Assembly: GCA_977016875.1 (NCBI GenBank)
Contig: CDRNST010000031.1
Coordinates: forward strand, 186,001 to 250,000
DNA length: 64,000 nucleotides
Source: Pavona decussata
Taxonomy: Eukaryota
Direction: 5' to 3'
Shown here: one piece after another, positions 37,911 to 48,321 of the stretch
Layout of the letters: every line of letters starts with the position of its first letter
Numbering within the stretch: position 1 is the first letter of the stretch
The notes under the pieces: generated by a model
The model's input: only the letters and a program-made list of their open reading frames with translations
Databases searched by the model: none
Told to the model about the DNA's origin: nothing
Position numbers and translations under genes: made by a program

Positions 37911-38789
37911 CTCAGCGAAGATAAATCAATTTGCTCTGCAGAGCAACAGGCCGTAATTGAGTGACTCAGTTCGACTCAGTCCAAGGATCGAGATTAAGTG
38001 CGAAAATAGAGTGAAGTTACCTCAAATACACGCTCACAGAAAGTTTCGTTTTGCAGTGGTTTCGCAGTCCTCTGGTTTCGGAGATTGTAGACCAACGCAC
38101 GTAATATTCAGTTTTGTGTGTGTTTTTCTGTTACAATGCCTTCCGTAGCCTTAAGCCATGCACCAGCAGTACTCAACAATGCGCGAACAGACACAAAGAC
38201 TAACGACTGGCGGCCGAAAACCGCTGACGCAAATATCACCTTGATATAAATCACAGTATAAGATGTCGCTTTGACAGTTTGGACCGCAACAGCGACAACC
38301 TTATAGCTTAGCACTTAAGTGTCGAAGGACAAGATGGGACCACTGATCTCGGCGTCGTAGAGGGAAACAATCAGGTAAATATTAAAAAACACCGTCAAAC
38401 AGCGGTGTTTATGTGGCTTTGTCCCATGGCTTACATGATATTGTGTTTTATTGTCCGGTTATTGGATAGTAGGGCGACAAATCTCAAAAGTTGTTTGCTC
38501 GATAATAACAGTGCGGGTTTCATATGCAAATACGTGTGTAGTGTATAATACGCATCAGGTAAACATTGTGCGTTTACGTACCACTCGTGAAATATAAATG
38601 CAATATTTGTTTGCGGAAAAATCTGATGACCAAACGTGTTTTTAATACCACTCAGCTAGCACTAAGTGTGTGGATACATAGGTGCGTCTGATTGGCGCGG
38701 CTTTCTCTAGTTCTCCAGACTCGATCGAGGCAGTTAAAAATTAAACGAAAAGCTGTCACTATCTTATGAAAGTGTTGTCCGATAGGCCC

Positions 38790-39370
38790 AGTTCAAGAGT
38801 CAACTGCTCAGTAATTTCGTTTGAATGGTAACACAGTTAGGATTTCATTCACAGACTTAAAAGTTAGAACCTTGTACCACATAATAAACAGCACCACAAG
38901 AAAGCAGCTTTCATTCGAATGGTCACACTTTGGGATTTTATCCATCAACGGAAACTGGCGGTTAGTACCACCTTGAACAGCAGATCTAGACGGCTCAACT
39001 GCTCAATGGCTTTCATGCGAATGGTTAAACCACATTGTACAATATGATAAACACCACCACAGGAAAGTACTGCATACTCCACCGTATTTACAAACTGCTA
39101 GCAGTCTTTCTTTTTACCTCAGATACTAGACGCAAGCGGAAATCTAGAAATTATCCAATGAATGGTCACACTTTAGGATTTCATTCAGAGGCTCAAAAGT
39201 TAGAACCACGTTGTACTAGTATAACACAGGCATACAGCAGGCAGCGCAAAAAAAGCTGCCGCCTGCTTTAAATTTACATGTACTTTAGGGCCTTCATTTG
39301 AATCGGTTCATTGGCTTCAGTTTGAGTAGAATTTCATCCAAAGGCTCAAAAAATACTTTTAACCACGTTG
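38790..39370 (-). repeat. Decayed array of the same satellite as 27765-28060, reverse orientation
   Basis: Recurrent GAATGGTCACAC, GGATTTCAT, CAGCACCAC and GGAAAGTACTGC. Confidence 0.7.
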
Positions 39371-40950
39371 TTGAGTCGCAAAAGATTAAAAGCTCGACAG
39401 GAAAGAAAATCATTTTCCATACAAAACAAATTACATGAATAAAGGGAGAAAAGCCGAAAGTTTGGTTTTAAATTTATTGTCTTCGGTTCCTGTGTCACTG
39501 TAATTATAATTTTATCTGGTATACCTTTCTAGATTATTTGTTTTACCTAAAAGCTGTTTGTTTTGGTACTTTAGGCAGTGCTGAAATGGAATAACTTGAG
39601 CATCAGGCCTTCGTTAGGGGAGGGGAGGAAAATACAAGCAGGGAAGGCATAATTATAAACCCTATTTTCGATTTTATAGATATATTAGAGACTGAAACTG
39701 GAACCGGCGCCGAAGACTGAAACCATTCGGCCGTCAGAACTGAAAAACATCGCCGGAAAAAAATCAAACATAAGAGAAAGATACAGAGTAAATTGGAGAG
39801 GAGATGGTAGAATCTTTACTAAAGCCGGATCAGCGTCCCCAGTTAGCTTGGAATTACTTCGAATCCGCCCTGACCCTCTTACGTTTATACACTGATCTAT
39901 TTGTTGCTAGCAGCTGGGTCAGCTTAACTCTCCATAGATTATCACCTAGTTAGTAACAATCTTGAAGACCAATGCAAAAAGATGAGACTGGTATCTCGTT
40001 TCTGTAATCCAATTCTTTCCAACGACCCTTGCTGAGTCTCTCTCCTTCTCTGCCTATCTCTCCTCCCCTATGTTTTTGTTTTTCCCTCTCCGTATGCGTC
40101 CTACCCAGCCTGATCCCACGACTCACCCCACTCCCCAAGAAAGAAGCATTCTTAATATTGCAAACCATATGCAAGAACAACGGGAAGTAAATTTGGCTCT
40201 GCTTGACTCCCATGCAAAGTGCACCATCTTTCTTTGTTGGATTGTTCTCGAATGTAGATTTTCCAGAATTACTGCAAAATGCCACGCGAGACAGCCCACC
40301 GCGCAGCTGACAAATAGGTGTTTATGAAAAATTCGCACTTAGTTAAAAACAAATAAAAAGGTCGAGTTTTTTTTCACATGGCTAGCGAACTATTTAAGAC
40401 ACCCATTTGAACTTTGTTCTTTAGGATTCAAATTCCTGGTGTGTTGAAAGAAAGAAAGAAAGCTAAGTCATCATTAATGCATGTTAATCTAGGATTCTCG
40501 CGGGACCTGTTAAACTGAAAGAGCCTTTAGAAATGTAAATTATGTCACAATATATATTCAAAACAAAGACCGAGACAAACAAATCGACGGGTATATTTTA
40601 TTAGGGCTTTATTCATCACTTTTAAAGAAAGATATTTATCGTCGGATATCCGATCTTTATAAGGAAACGCAAAAATTTTAAAAACGCTTGAGAGGCTGAG
40701 CGATCAAGAGTTTGTCAACGCAACGTTGGTTTTTGTATTCATAAACCTCTAGACAGAAGGATTGGGTTTCGTAATACAACAACAAAACGGAAAGCAATTT
40801 GTCACTCGTATCCACTAATGCGGGACGGAATTCGAAGATTTTAGCGAAGTTGGATTGTTGGGTCTGTGGAAGGGATTTTGGCTCGTACACGCAAGCTGTT
40901 ATAGACGAATCGAGACCGATTTTTACTTGTTTAAAGGACATTTATTGAAG

Positions 40951-41730
40951 ATGAGTGTTAGTTCTTCAAGGTGTCCACTGATTCGAATCAGCAAAACTGG
41001 CGAAATGAGGCTCAAAAACAAAGTTGGAAACGCAATACTGAAAGAGAACGCGTACGAAGACCGCGCTCTGAACACAACGCTGGACACCCTATCTAGACAT
41101 CAGTTCAGGCAGGATAAATACATGACTTACAGGCAGCTAGAGTTTGCCACGAAGCAGGTCTCCGCTTCAGAAGAGAGACCTAGGACAATGAATATGGAAA
41201 GTAAACATTCTCAATCTAGCGAGCAGAGTTTACCTCCCATAGACTCACTGCGAAGGTCGAATGTAGTGGCTCCGAATATGGAGGAAAGACGTTCAAGTCA
41301 CACCGCAGAGGCGGGAGGGAACAATAAGGCGAAAGGACGGTGGGAAAAGGCGATAACTCTTGTTCGACTAGCAGTACAGAACAGACCGGCTAAAGACTCC
41401 AGTGGCAAGGCTACAACTCAGCATAGAAAAATCTCTGGAATTCATGAGATACATTCGAAGGACATGAACGCGAACCAACTGCCCCCAATAAACCCTCGTT
41501 GCGAAGGAGGACCCAGAGAACCTTCTTCTGTAAAGGGACCCCTGCGAAAACAGCCGAGTTTGCCAGAAATGCTTAAGGTTTCGAGGGAAAAATCGCAAAA
41601 CGGCCTCAAGGATCCTAGGTTTATGAAACTAGAGCAGTGTTTGAGCGAAACGAGGAGTGCACGTGACGGAAAACATCGAAAGAATTCAAGAACGAATCCA
41701 CTGCATGACAGAATTCGTTATACGCGCTGA
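40951..41730 (+). CDS. Uncharacterised coiled-coil/DPRF protein (cluster gene 9), 259 aa
   Basis: The first ATG is at 40951, just after a putative acceptor (tttacttgtttaaag|). Motifs NAYEDRALNTTLDTLSRHQ...RQLEF, SLPPI, RWEKAITLVRL, QLPPI, RKQPSLP, LKDPRFMKLEQCL. Confidence 0.83.
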   Translation: MSVSSSRCPLIRISKTGEMRLKNKVGNAILKENAYEDRALNTTLDTLSRHQFRQDKYMTYRQLEFATKQVSASEERPRTMNMESKHSQSSEQSLPPIDSLRRSNVVAPNMEERRSSHTAEAGGNNKAKGRWEKAITLVRLAVQNRPAKDSSGKATTQHRKISGIHEIHSKDMNANQLPPINPRCEGGPREPSSVKGPLRKQPSLPEMLKVSREKSQNGLKDPRFMKLEQCLSETRSARDGKHRKNSRTNPLHDRIRYTR

Positions 41731-44394
41731 AACGAGCGAGGAAAGGAGAGATTTATAATTTATTTATTTATTTACACAGACATATATAAAAGTATTGTCG
41801 AAAAATTAGCTTAGACATTACGGAGACTAAAGAAAATCTTCCTACATACCTATAATTATTCATTTATTGTAAAATAATATCAGTTTTAAATATTAAGTGT
41901 ACATGAGTGTTTTAAACCTGTAAGGTATGCTTTTAAAACATAAGTCAACCGGCTCACAATCTTTGTGTACTTAACTAATTTAGCTCACCTTAAGTATTCA
42001 TAAAACAGCATTGTTTGTCTACTAAATGAAAATTCCCAGAAGATTTTCAATAGAAAGGAGCGGCTTCCATTGAGGTCTTCTGAGGTCTTTTCTACCAATA
42101 TTTAACGAGGGGTATGTACACTTACGTGAGTTTAGCATAGAACTCAAACAGTACTTAATATGCGAAAGCTTCGTGACGAGAAAGGTTGATCCTTTCGGTC
42201 TAAAAGTCCAACCTATTAGCAAAGCTCAAGTTTAGGACTTTTTGAGTTCTGTAATTCAATTCATGTGGTGCTGCTGGTGTTTTCAGAGTTCGCTCAGCGA
42301 TTGAGGTGTTGAACTCTTTTGAGACCTGAGTGGCTGGGTAAATTTAATTTCATTCGTATTTGGCACGGTATATTGTATTCATCAGGTGATACCTTTGTAT
42401 TCTTAACTGACGTGCAAGTATGCAGAGGGCTTCCATGCACTTGCAAGGGTCAAGAGAAAAGCTATCACAAGAAGAGACAAAAGACGGTCTGGTAAATATG
42501 AACTGATAACTTAAAGTAAATGACAGACTTTAAGCAATAAAAAGCTAACGATGTGATAACACAGTTAATTGCGTACGTGTCACTGATGCAGAGAAATTTA
42601 GTGATCCGTTACGACCTGAACATGCCGGACGTGTATTTACAAATTACGCTCTTATTTTGTATGAATATCACGTCTTTACTCGCAAAGATCTGCCAACTGG
42701 CACGAAAACAGAATATCTACTTGTACGCTTGTAACTTCCTGTTTCGCAGAGCAGCGGAGGAAGCAGTATGAATTTAGATTACGTCACTATTTTTTTACTT
42801 ACGAAACGATACTATAGCTACTAAAATAAATTTATGCCTCTCAATTTAGCTTCATAAAATACTTAGATTACAAATAGAACTTCTAAGAAAGCTCTGTTTC
42901 GGCTAACAAACAAATGGCAACAAAACGTTTCATAGCGGCCATTTTTGGAAACGTTTGGTATTAAGGTCACGTGATATCTACGTAACAGTTGTGTGGAGCG
43001 CGAAGACCGTGACGTTTCCGCTTGCGGATTTTAGTAGAGTTGACGTTTCAAAGTGTCCATTAATATTGCGTTACAAATAATGTTAAAACAATTACTGAAT
43101 GGAGCCAAACAAAATATTAAAGACACTAGCTTTTAAAAAAAAAAAAAATGAAACTAAGGAAGAAAGCCTAAAGTATTCGCTGTATATTTTCCCAATATTT
43201 CAAACAATTTTCCATTTTCAACAACAAAGTTATACTTTTGACAACGGGGAAGGAGACTCCTTCGTTGTAGACCGCGAATAAAGTTTTCCGAAAGCTTTGA
43301 CATTGTAAAGTCAAAACCAGCAACTGAAGATGCCCAAGTATGCAAGCAAGGGACTGTTTACATGGACTGAGAGGAAGATCCCAACACTGGCCGAAGAATA
43401 GACGGATTATCAAAGCGTCATATGTTTTCTGTATTCAGTTTACATGCAAAAGGTTGTACATGGCCCTAGTGCTAGGATACTTCTGCAATGGGATCTTCCT
43501 TCTTCCTAGCTGAGAGATATGAAGATCCTATCGCTAGAAAGATGCCAGCACAATGTAAAACTGAAAGTGGATATGTGAAAATACATACATTTGAACTGCC
43601 GCGGAAGAAAGAATGAATAAGTGAATGATCATAGCAATATAACTGTATATCTTGTATAGATGACTGCGATGATCATTCACTTATGCATACAATGTAAACT
43701 ACCTGCATCAGACGGGTCCTAGTATAGTACCAGGGACAAAAAAATTAACATGGCGGCGGCCTGGCGTTCAGCTGCTAAAGGCAAACTGTCAATTAGTTTG
43801 CAAAATTTCTGTATGTAAACAAAACGAAAAGTTGTTTCGCCTTCTGGGATCTTCCTCCCTCAATCAGTCAATGTAAACAGAACCTTGGATATCCTCTACT
43901 CGACAAAAATAGAAAATGATCATGACTCAAAACAGCTAAATTTGTTAAACTTGTGCCAACTTAAATAAAAATCGATTTGGCACTAGTAACGTAAACCTCC
44001 CTTGCAAATACAGGAGAAAATTACCATGAACTAACAGTACAAATTAGTTCCGACGACAATCAAACTTTAATTACTTAAAAGTAGTGTTTGAATTGTACGG
44101 AATTTTTCTAGTATGTTAGCGTATATACCAGATATAGTTTTCGAAAAACATAGTACATTTTTAGTCCTGAAAGCTTTATTCTTCTGCTTCTTGTTGTTCA
44201 GTGTAGTATTGATTCATAAATTTTTCATGCTTCTAAAAACATTCCTTCATCTCCAAGATGCAGCTTTAAACAAACATGTTGACTCCTTGTCTTCTTTTTG
44301 TAGTTATTCCTACTTTAATATCAAGCTGAAAAGGTATCTCTTTAGACAGTTAAGTGTCCCATTCCTGTAAAATTACGCAGAGAAACATGAGGAT

Positions 44395-44970
44395 TCATTT
44401 GTCAAGTGACCTCTTAGGCAGGGGCCTGTCAAGCAATAATCTGCCATCATTGTAATTCCACTGCTGTCGCTTCACAAATGCGATCATCTGAGGTGGTGCG
44501 TCCGGGAATAGTGTGTCATTTGCCGAATTAACTGGAAGAGGTTTGACAGCCCAACACGGCCGCGGAGTTGTACTGTTAGCGGCCTTTCTCCCACAACCTA
44601 ACGAAATGTCAGAATGTTCGCGAAGATCTCTGCTGTTAGACGCCGTTTTGGCGCGGATTTGAACTGTCTTCAGCTTCTCCTGGTTGAGATTAAACGGCCG
44701 TACTCGATGCAAGTAACCCATTCGAGTGTGGTTCTTCCGAAGATCGGGCAAAAAAGCTTCGATAAGTTTCTCTCTGTTGTGTTCGCTCATTAGCGACATG
44801 TCAATCTCTGAGCGGCATGATTTAATGCGTCTAGAGTCTGGAGAATTTGTCGATGAATTCCATGAAGAGTGTGTTTTTCGAGTCCTTGCAGGCTCTGATT
44901 TTGTCCTGGATATGTTGTGACTTCGTGATGGAGGTGAAGACGCTTCAAAACGTTCGCGATTCAAGTCCAT
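44395..44970 (-). CDS. Uncharacterised basic Ser/Arg-rich protein (cluster gene 10), at least 191 aa
   Basis: ORF with agcATGG start; the frame stays open up to a putative acceptor at 45035. Motifs RTKSEP and FLPDL. Confidence 0.62.
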   Translation of the reverse strand: MDLNRERFEASSPPSRSHNISRTKSEPARTRKTHSSWNSSTNSPDSRRIKSCRSEIDMSLMSEHNREKLIEAFLPDLRKNHTRMGYLHRVRPFNLNQEKLKTVQIRAKTASNSRDLREHSDISLGCGRKAANSTTPRPCWAVKPLPVNSANDTLFPDAPPQMIAFVKRQQWNYNDGRLLLDRPLPKRSLDK

Positions 44971-45340
44971 GCTTCCAACTGTTGTGTAATGTTTGGTTGA
45001 AACCTTTGCACACTGATTCGGTTGTGATTGATGTCTGTTAATATAAACTTAGCAATTAATACTATACCATATTAATCCAGAAGTTTTTGAAAGACAGATC
45101 CACTTGTAGAATGAGAGCACAAAACTGTACAGCACAAACGGACACGAGAAAGAAAGTTGTTCTTAACTGTTGTTTGTAATCGTATCGTAAGTTGACAGTT
45201 CCAGTAGAGACAAAGAAGGTTTTTACGCTTGAATAAATTATTAACCATTACTGGTTGACAACGTTTATTGTTTACCGAAAAGAATACGATCTGTTTATCA
45301 TTATAATTGATTTACATAGCGCTTGTCTGATAGCTAGTTT

Positions 45341-45353
45341 GTTGCTAGGATAC
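45341..45353. promoter_or_regulatory. RFX X-box-like site
   Basis: GTTGCTAGGATAC, about 370 bp upstream of ATG 44970. Confidence 0.5.
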
Positions 45354-46189
45354 CATCTGTCTGGGAGACTGGAAGATCACCGAGTAACCTCGTTCCCAGG
45401 ATCCCTCTTTTATCTTGCCTAAACCAAATTAGTTGAGTGCCTTCGATTTGCGGTATTCGGGTACAAGAATACAATAAGAATACATACATTAACGTAACAT
45501 TAATTATCAAAAATCCTTCAAAACTGGCTTTTGGAATTTTTTAGAATACAAAATGGGCCTTAAAGATCGTATGCTAGCAAAAATTAGCAGATATGTTTTC
45601 ACGCAAATTTACCAACAGAAAGCTAGAGGGCTGTTCGATCCCGTTCATGATTCTTATTCCGGAATACGGTTAATTACAAAATGGCTCATTTTTGTTACAA
45701 CGCGACGGTGCCATCCTTTCGACTGTGTCTTGTTTCGGTTTACCACGGTTTGATTTTCTTTTGTGTCCCTGGCATTTTTTTTAGGTGTGCTAACTAGAAA
45801 GCTTTTGCATAGGTTGTTGGTGCTCAATACATCGAAAAGATTCTGTGCCATTCAAAGAAAAGAGATCTGGTAATGTAGTTTCTTTGCAGTGCTTTCTCCT
45901 ACCTTCTTATTTAGTAGGTACATAAGTTCTATCCGTTCGCCATTGTTACAGTCAGCAGATCACAAATTTCTAATTTCTTTTTTGTTTATAAGTTTTGGGG
46001 GATCGTTACTGACTCTACAATATAGCAGTCTTTGCTGCATGTTTTCGGTAAATTCCATCCACTTCAGAGGAAAGAAAAAGGATAGACCCTGTGCTGTCAG
46101 CTAAAAAAGGGCGCCGGTCAATGCGCCATCAAGAGCAAGACCCGACAGAACAGGTCGCGGCGACCCGACCTTGACTTGAGCGCGTTTTC

Positions 46190-46430
46190 TATCGTTGGTA
46201 CTGGTTGACGGTTTTCCCGCGCTTTGGCACTGGTTGTATGTTTTCCCGCACTTTGGCACTGGTTGTATGTTTTCCCGCGCTTTGGTACTGGTTGTATGTT
46301 TTCCCGCGCTTTGGCACTGATTGCATGCTTTTCCTCGTTTGCTACTGGCTGCATGGTTTCCCGCGCTGGTTCCGTTTGCTGAGAGTCACTTGCTTCGGCG
46401 TTTCGGACATGTTTTCCCTCGCTTGACACC
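46190..46430. repeat. 29-bp tandem array derived from the dispersed repeat family
   Basis: Unit GGTTGTATGTTTTCCCGCGCTTTGGCACT, about 4 clear units plus degenerate ones. Confidence 0.85.
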
Positions 46431-46535
46431 ATCTTTAGCTTTGGCAGCGATGTCAGTGGTTTACTGTTTCATGATTGAGAAGATGAGATTAATTCAGTAA
46501 GGCATATTTTTTTGACATTCATCAGTAAAAAACAT

Positions 46536-48110
46536 CTAACAACGAAAAACTATTCTATCAGAAATCCCATAACGAAAATATAATGGCGTCATTGGGTTTC
46601 TAGGGGTATTCAACGGCTTTGAGTCCTTATCTGGAACTGCATTCTTGGAATTCTTCAAGTTCACTGATTTGTGTTCGATCTGCAGAACGTCCGCGAAACC
46701 CTTCATGATTTTATCAAATTCCGTCCACATCCACCTTTCATGGGCTGACTGAGTTTGTGCTTTCTTCGTGTTTGCTTCTTGCATTTCTGTTCGGGCTGGA
46801 CTAATTGGTCCTCCGCTCACACGAGAAATCCTGCTCCCTGATCTTCGTGATGAGGCTTCCGAACCTGCTTCAGACCCAAGAGCTGAATGCATTCTACTAT
46901 TATGTTCTTTAGTACTTTCAGAAAATTCATTGTCAGGATCAGTTTCTATAGTTTTCTCCATGCGGCTTTGTCTAAAGTCTTTTGAACTCTTTGCGCTATG
47001 TCCGCCTTCAATTAGATTCTCTCTTTGTCCCGTCGGCTCAACCACAACGAAGTTGCTTTCAAATGAATTCCTGTTACCGCTACCTACATCCTTCGACGGC
47101 GTTATCTGAACACTAGGTGTCTTGGCTGTCATTTGCCTTTGTTTTCCTGCCACGTCTCTTTTTCCCGCCACATATGACGCCCGTGACGAACTCAAATTTA
47201 CAACACCGAGTGTTTTGTTCCGTTTTCCCGCCACAGATGACGCCCGTGACGAACCTCCAACGCAGAGTCTTTTGTCCCTTTTTCCCGCCGCAGATGGCGC
47301 CCGTGACGAACTCAGAGCTGCAACACCGAGTGTTTTGTCCCGTTTTCCCGCCACAGATGACGCCCGTGACGAACTCCGGCTCAAATCTGCAAGGTTAAGC
47401 CTTTTGTTCTGTTTTCTTGCCACAGATGGCGCCCGTGGCGAACTCAAAGCTTCAACGCTAAGCCTTTTGGTCTGTTCTCCCGACAAATTACATTTTTCCG
47501 CTACAGATGACGCCCTTGACGAACTCGAAGCTGCAACGCTGAGTCTTTTGTCCTGTTTTCCAGACAAATCGCGTTTAAAATCCTCGACATTTGAAATCCT
47601 CGACAATGTTACCTGGATTTTTGGCCTCGTGGGGGTGGTCATGTCGCATCTTCCCGCCGAATCGCGTTTTCCTGCCACCAAGGAGGAGCGTGAGGGACTC
47701 AAAGAAGCAAAACTGAGGCCCGTACTCTCATGTTTTTCATCCTCGGTTTCACCCATATTTTCATTTCCAGGCGTTGTACTCGTTGGACCTACTTTTGTCT
47801 CCTTTTCAATCATATCGCGACTTTCACGACGAATTTTCCTCCTGTTTTTTTCCTGTTTAAGCATAGCATTACGTGCGCGCTCCATTTCAGCCAGTCTCAG
47901 TTTTCTTCCTTGTTCAATTCGGTTATTTTTTTCTTCTAAATCGCATTTCAAAAACGAATTTCTGTACCTGGCGAAGTGGGCCTCGCGACGAATTCTTGAA
48001 AATTTACTGAGATGAAGCTGCCTTGTTTCTCGACGTAGACGGTCTGTAGTGAAGTCATCACCGATTAAAAAGTTGCCATCCTCAGAGTAGACCCGGCGAG
48101 ATGTCGACAT
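46536..48110 (-). CDS. Uncharacterised coiled-coil and Ser/Arg tandem-repeat protein (cluster gene 11), 524 aa
   Basis: Long ORF with aaaATG start. N-terminal helix NSFLKCDLEEKNNRIEQGRKLRLAEMERARNAM, then about 6 internal SSSRASSVAGKRDKxL repeats. Confidence 0.82.
   Translation of the reverse strand: MSTSRRVYSEDGNFLIGDDFTTDRLRRETRQLHLSKFSRIRREAHFARYRNSFLKCDLEEKNNRIEQGRKLRLAEMERARNAMLKQEKNRRKIRRESRDMIEKETKVGPTSTTPGNENMGETEDEKHESTGLSFASLSPSRSSLVAGKRDSAGRCDMTTPTRPKIQVTLSRISNVEDFKRDLSGKQDKRLSVAASSSSRASSVAEKCNLSGEQTKRLSVEALSSPRAPSVARKQNKRLNLADLSRSSSRASSVAGKRDKTLGVAALSSSRAPSAAGKRDKRLCVGGSSRASSVAGKRNKTLGVVNLSSSRASYVAGKRDVAGKQRQMTAKTPSVQITPSKDVGSGNRNSFESNFVVVEPTGQRENLIEGGHSAKSSKDFRQSRMEKTIETDPDNEFSESTKEHNSRMHSALGSEAGSEASSRRSGSRISRVSGGPISPARTEMQEANTKKAQTQSAHERWMWTEFDKIMKGFADVLQIEHKSVNLKNSKNAVPDKDSKPLNTPRNPMTPLYFRYGISDRIVFRC
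47140..47570 (-). repeat. Coding minisatellite, units of about 63-78 bp, frame-preserving
   Basis: CAGATG(A/G)CGCCCGTGACGAAC recurs about 6 times. Confidence 0.9.
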
Positions 48111-48321
48111 TTTCTCACTACTTCTTGGGAAGAACTGAGTCTACACTCCGCACAACAATTAAGAAAGAAGACCAAACTAACAAATTGAGTGTAAGAATTC
48201 GGTTTTCAGTCAATTTCGATTGCCTTTCGAATGGTCTCTTATTTTGTGAGTTGAACTCAAGCTATACAGGCTGTAGCTGTGTGGTAAGATGTTGGAAAAA
48301 CTGTTCCACGCGTGATTCAAG

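Noticed and set aside
46190-46430. CRISPR-like 29-bp repeats and the 104-aa ORF 46118-46432
   Set aside because: Head-to-tail units without spacers in a eukaryotic context with no cas genes; the ORF is a repeat artefact.
47122-48015. 297-aa plus-strand ORF (and 46768-47109)
   Set aside because: Antisense shadow of the repetitive 524-aa CDS; starts at TTG.
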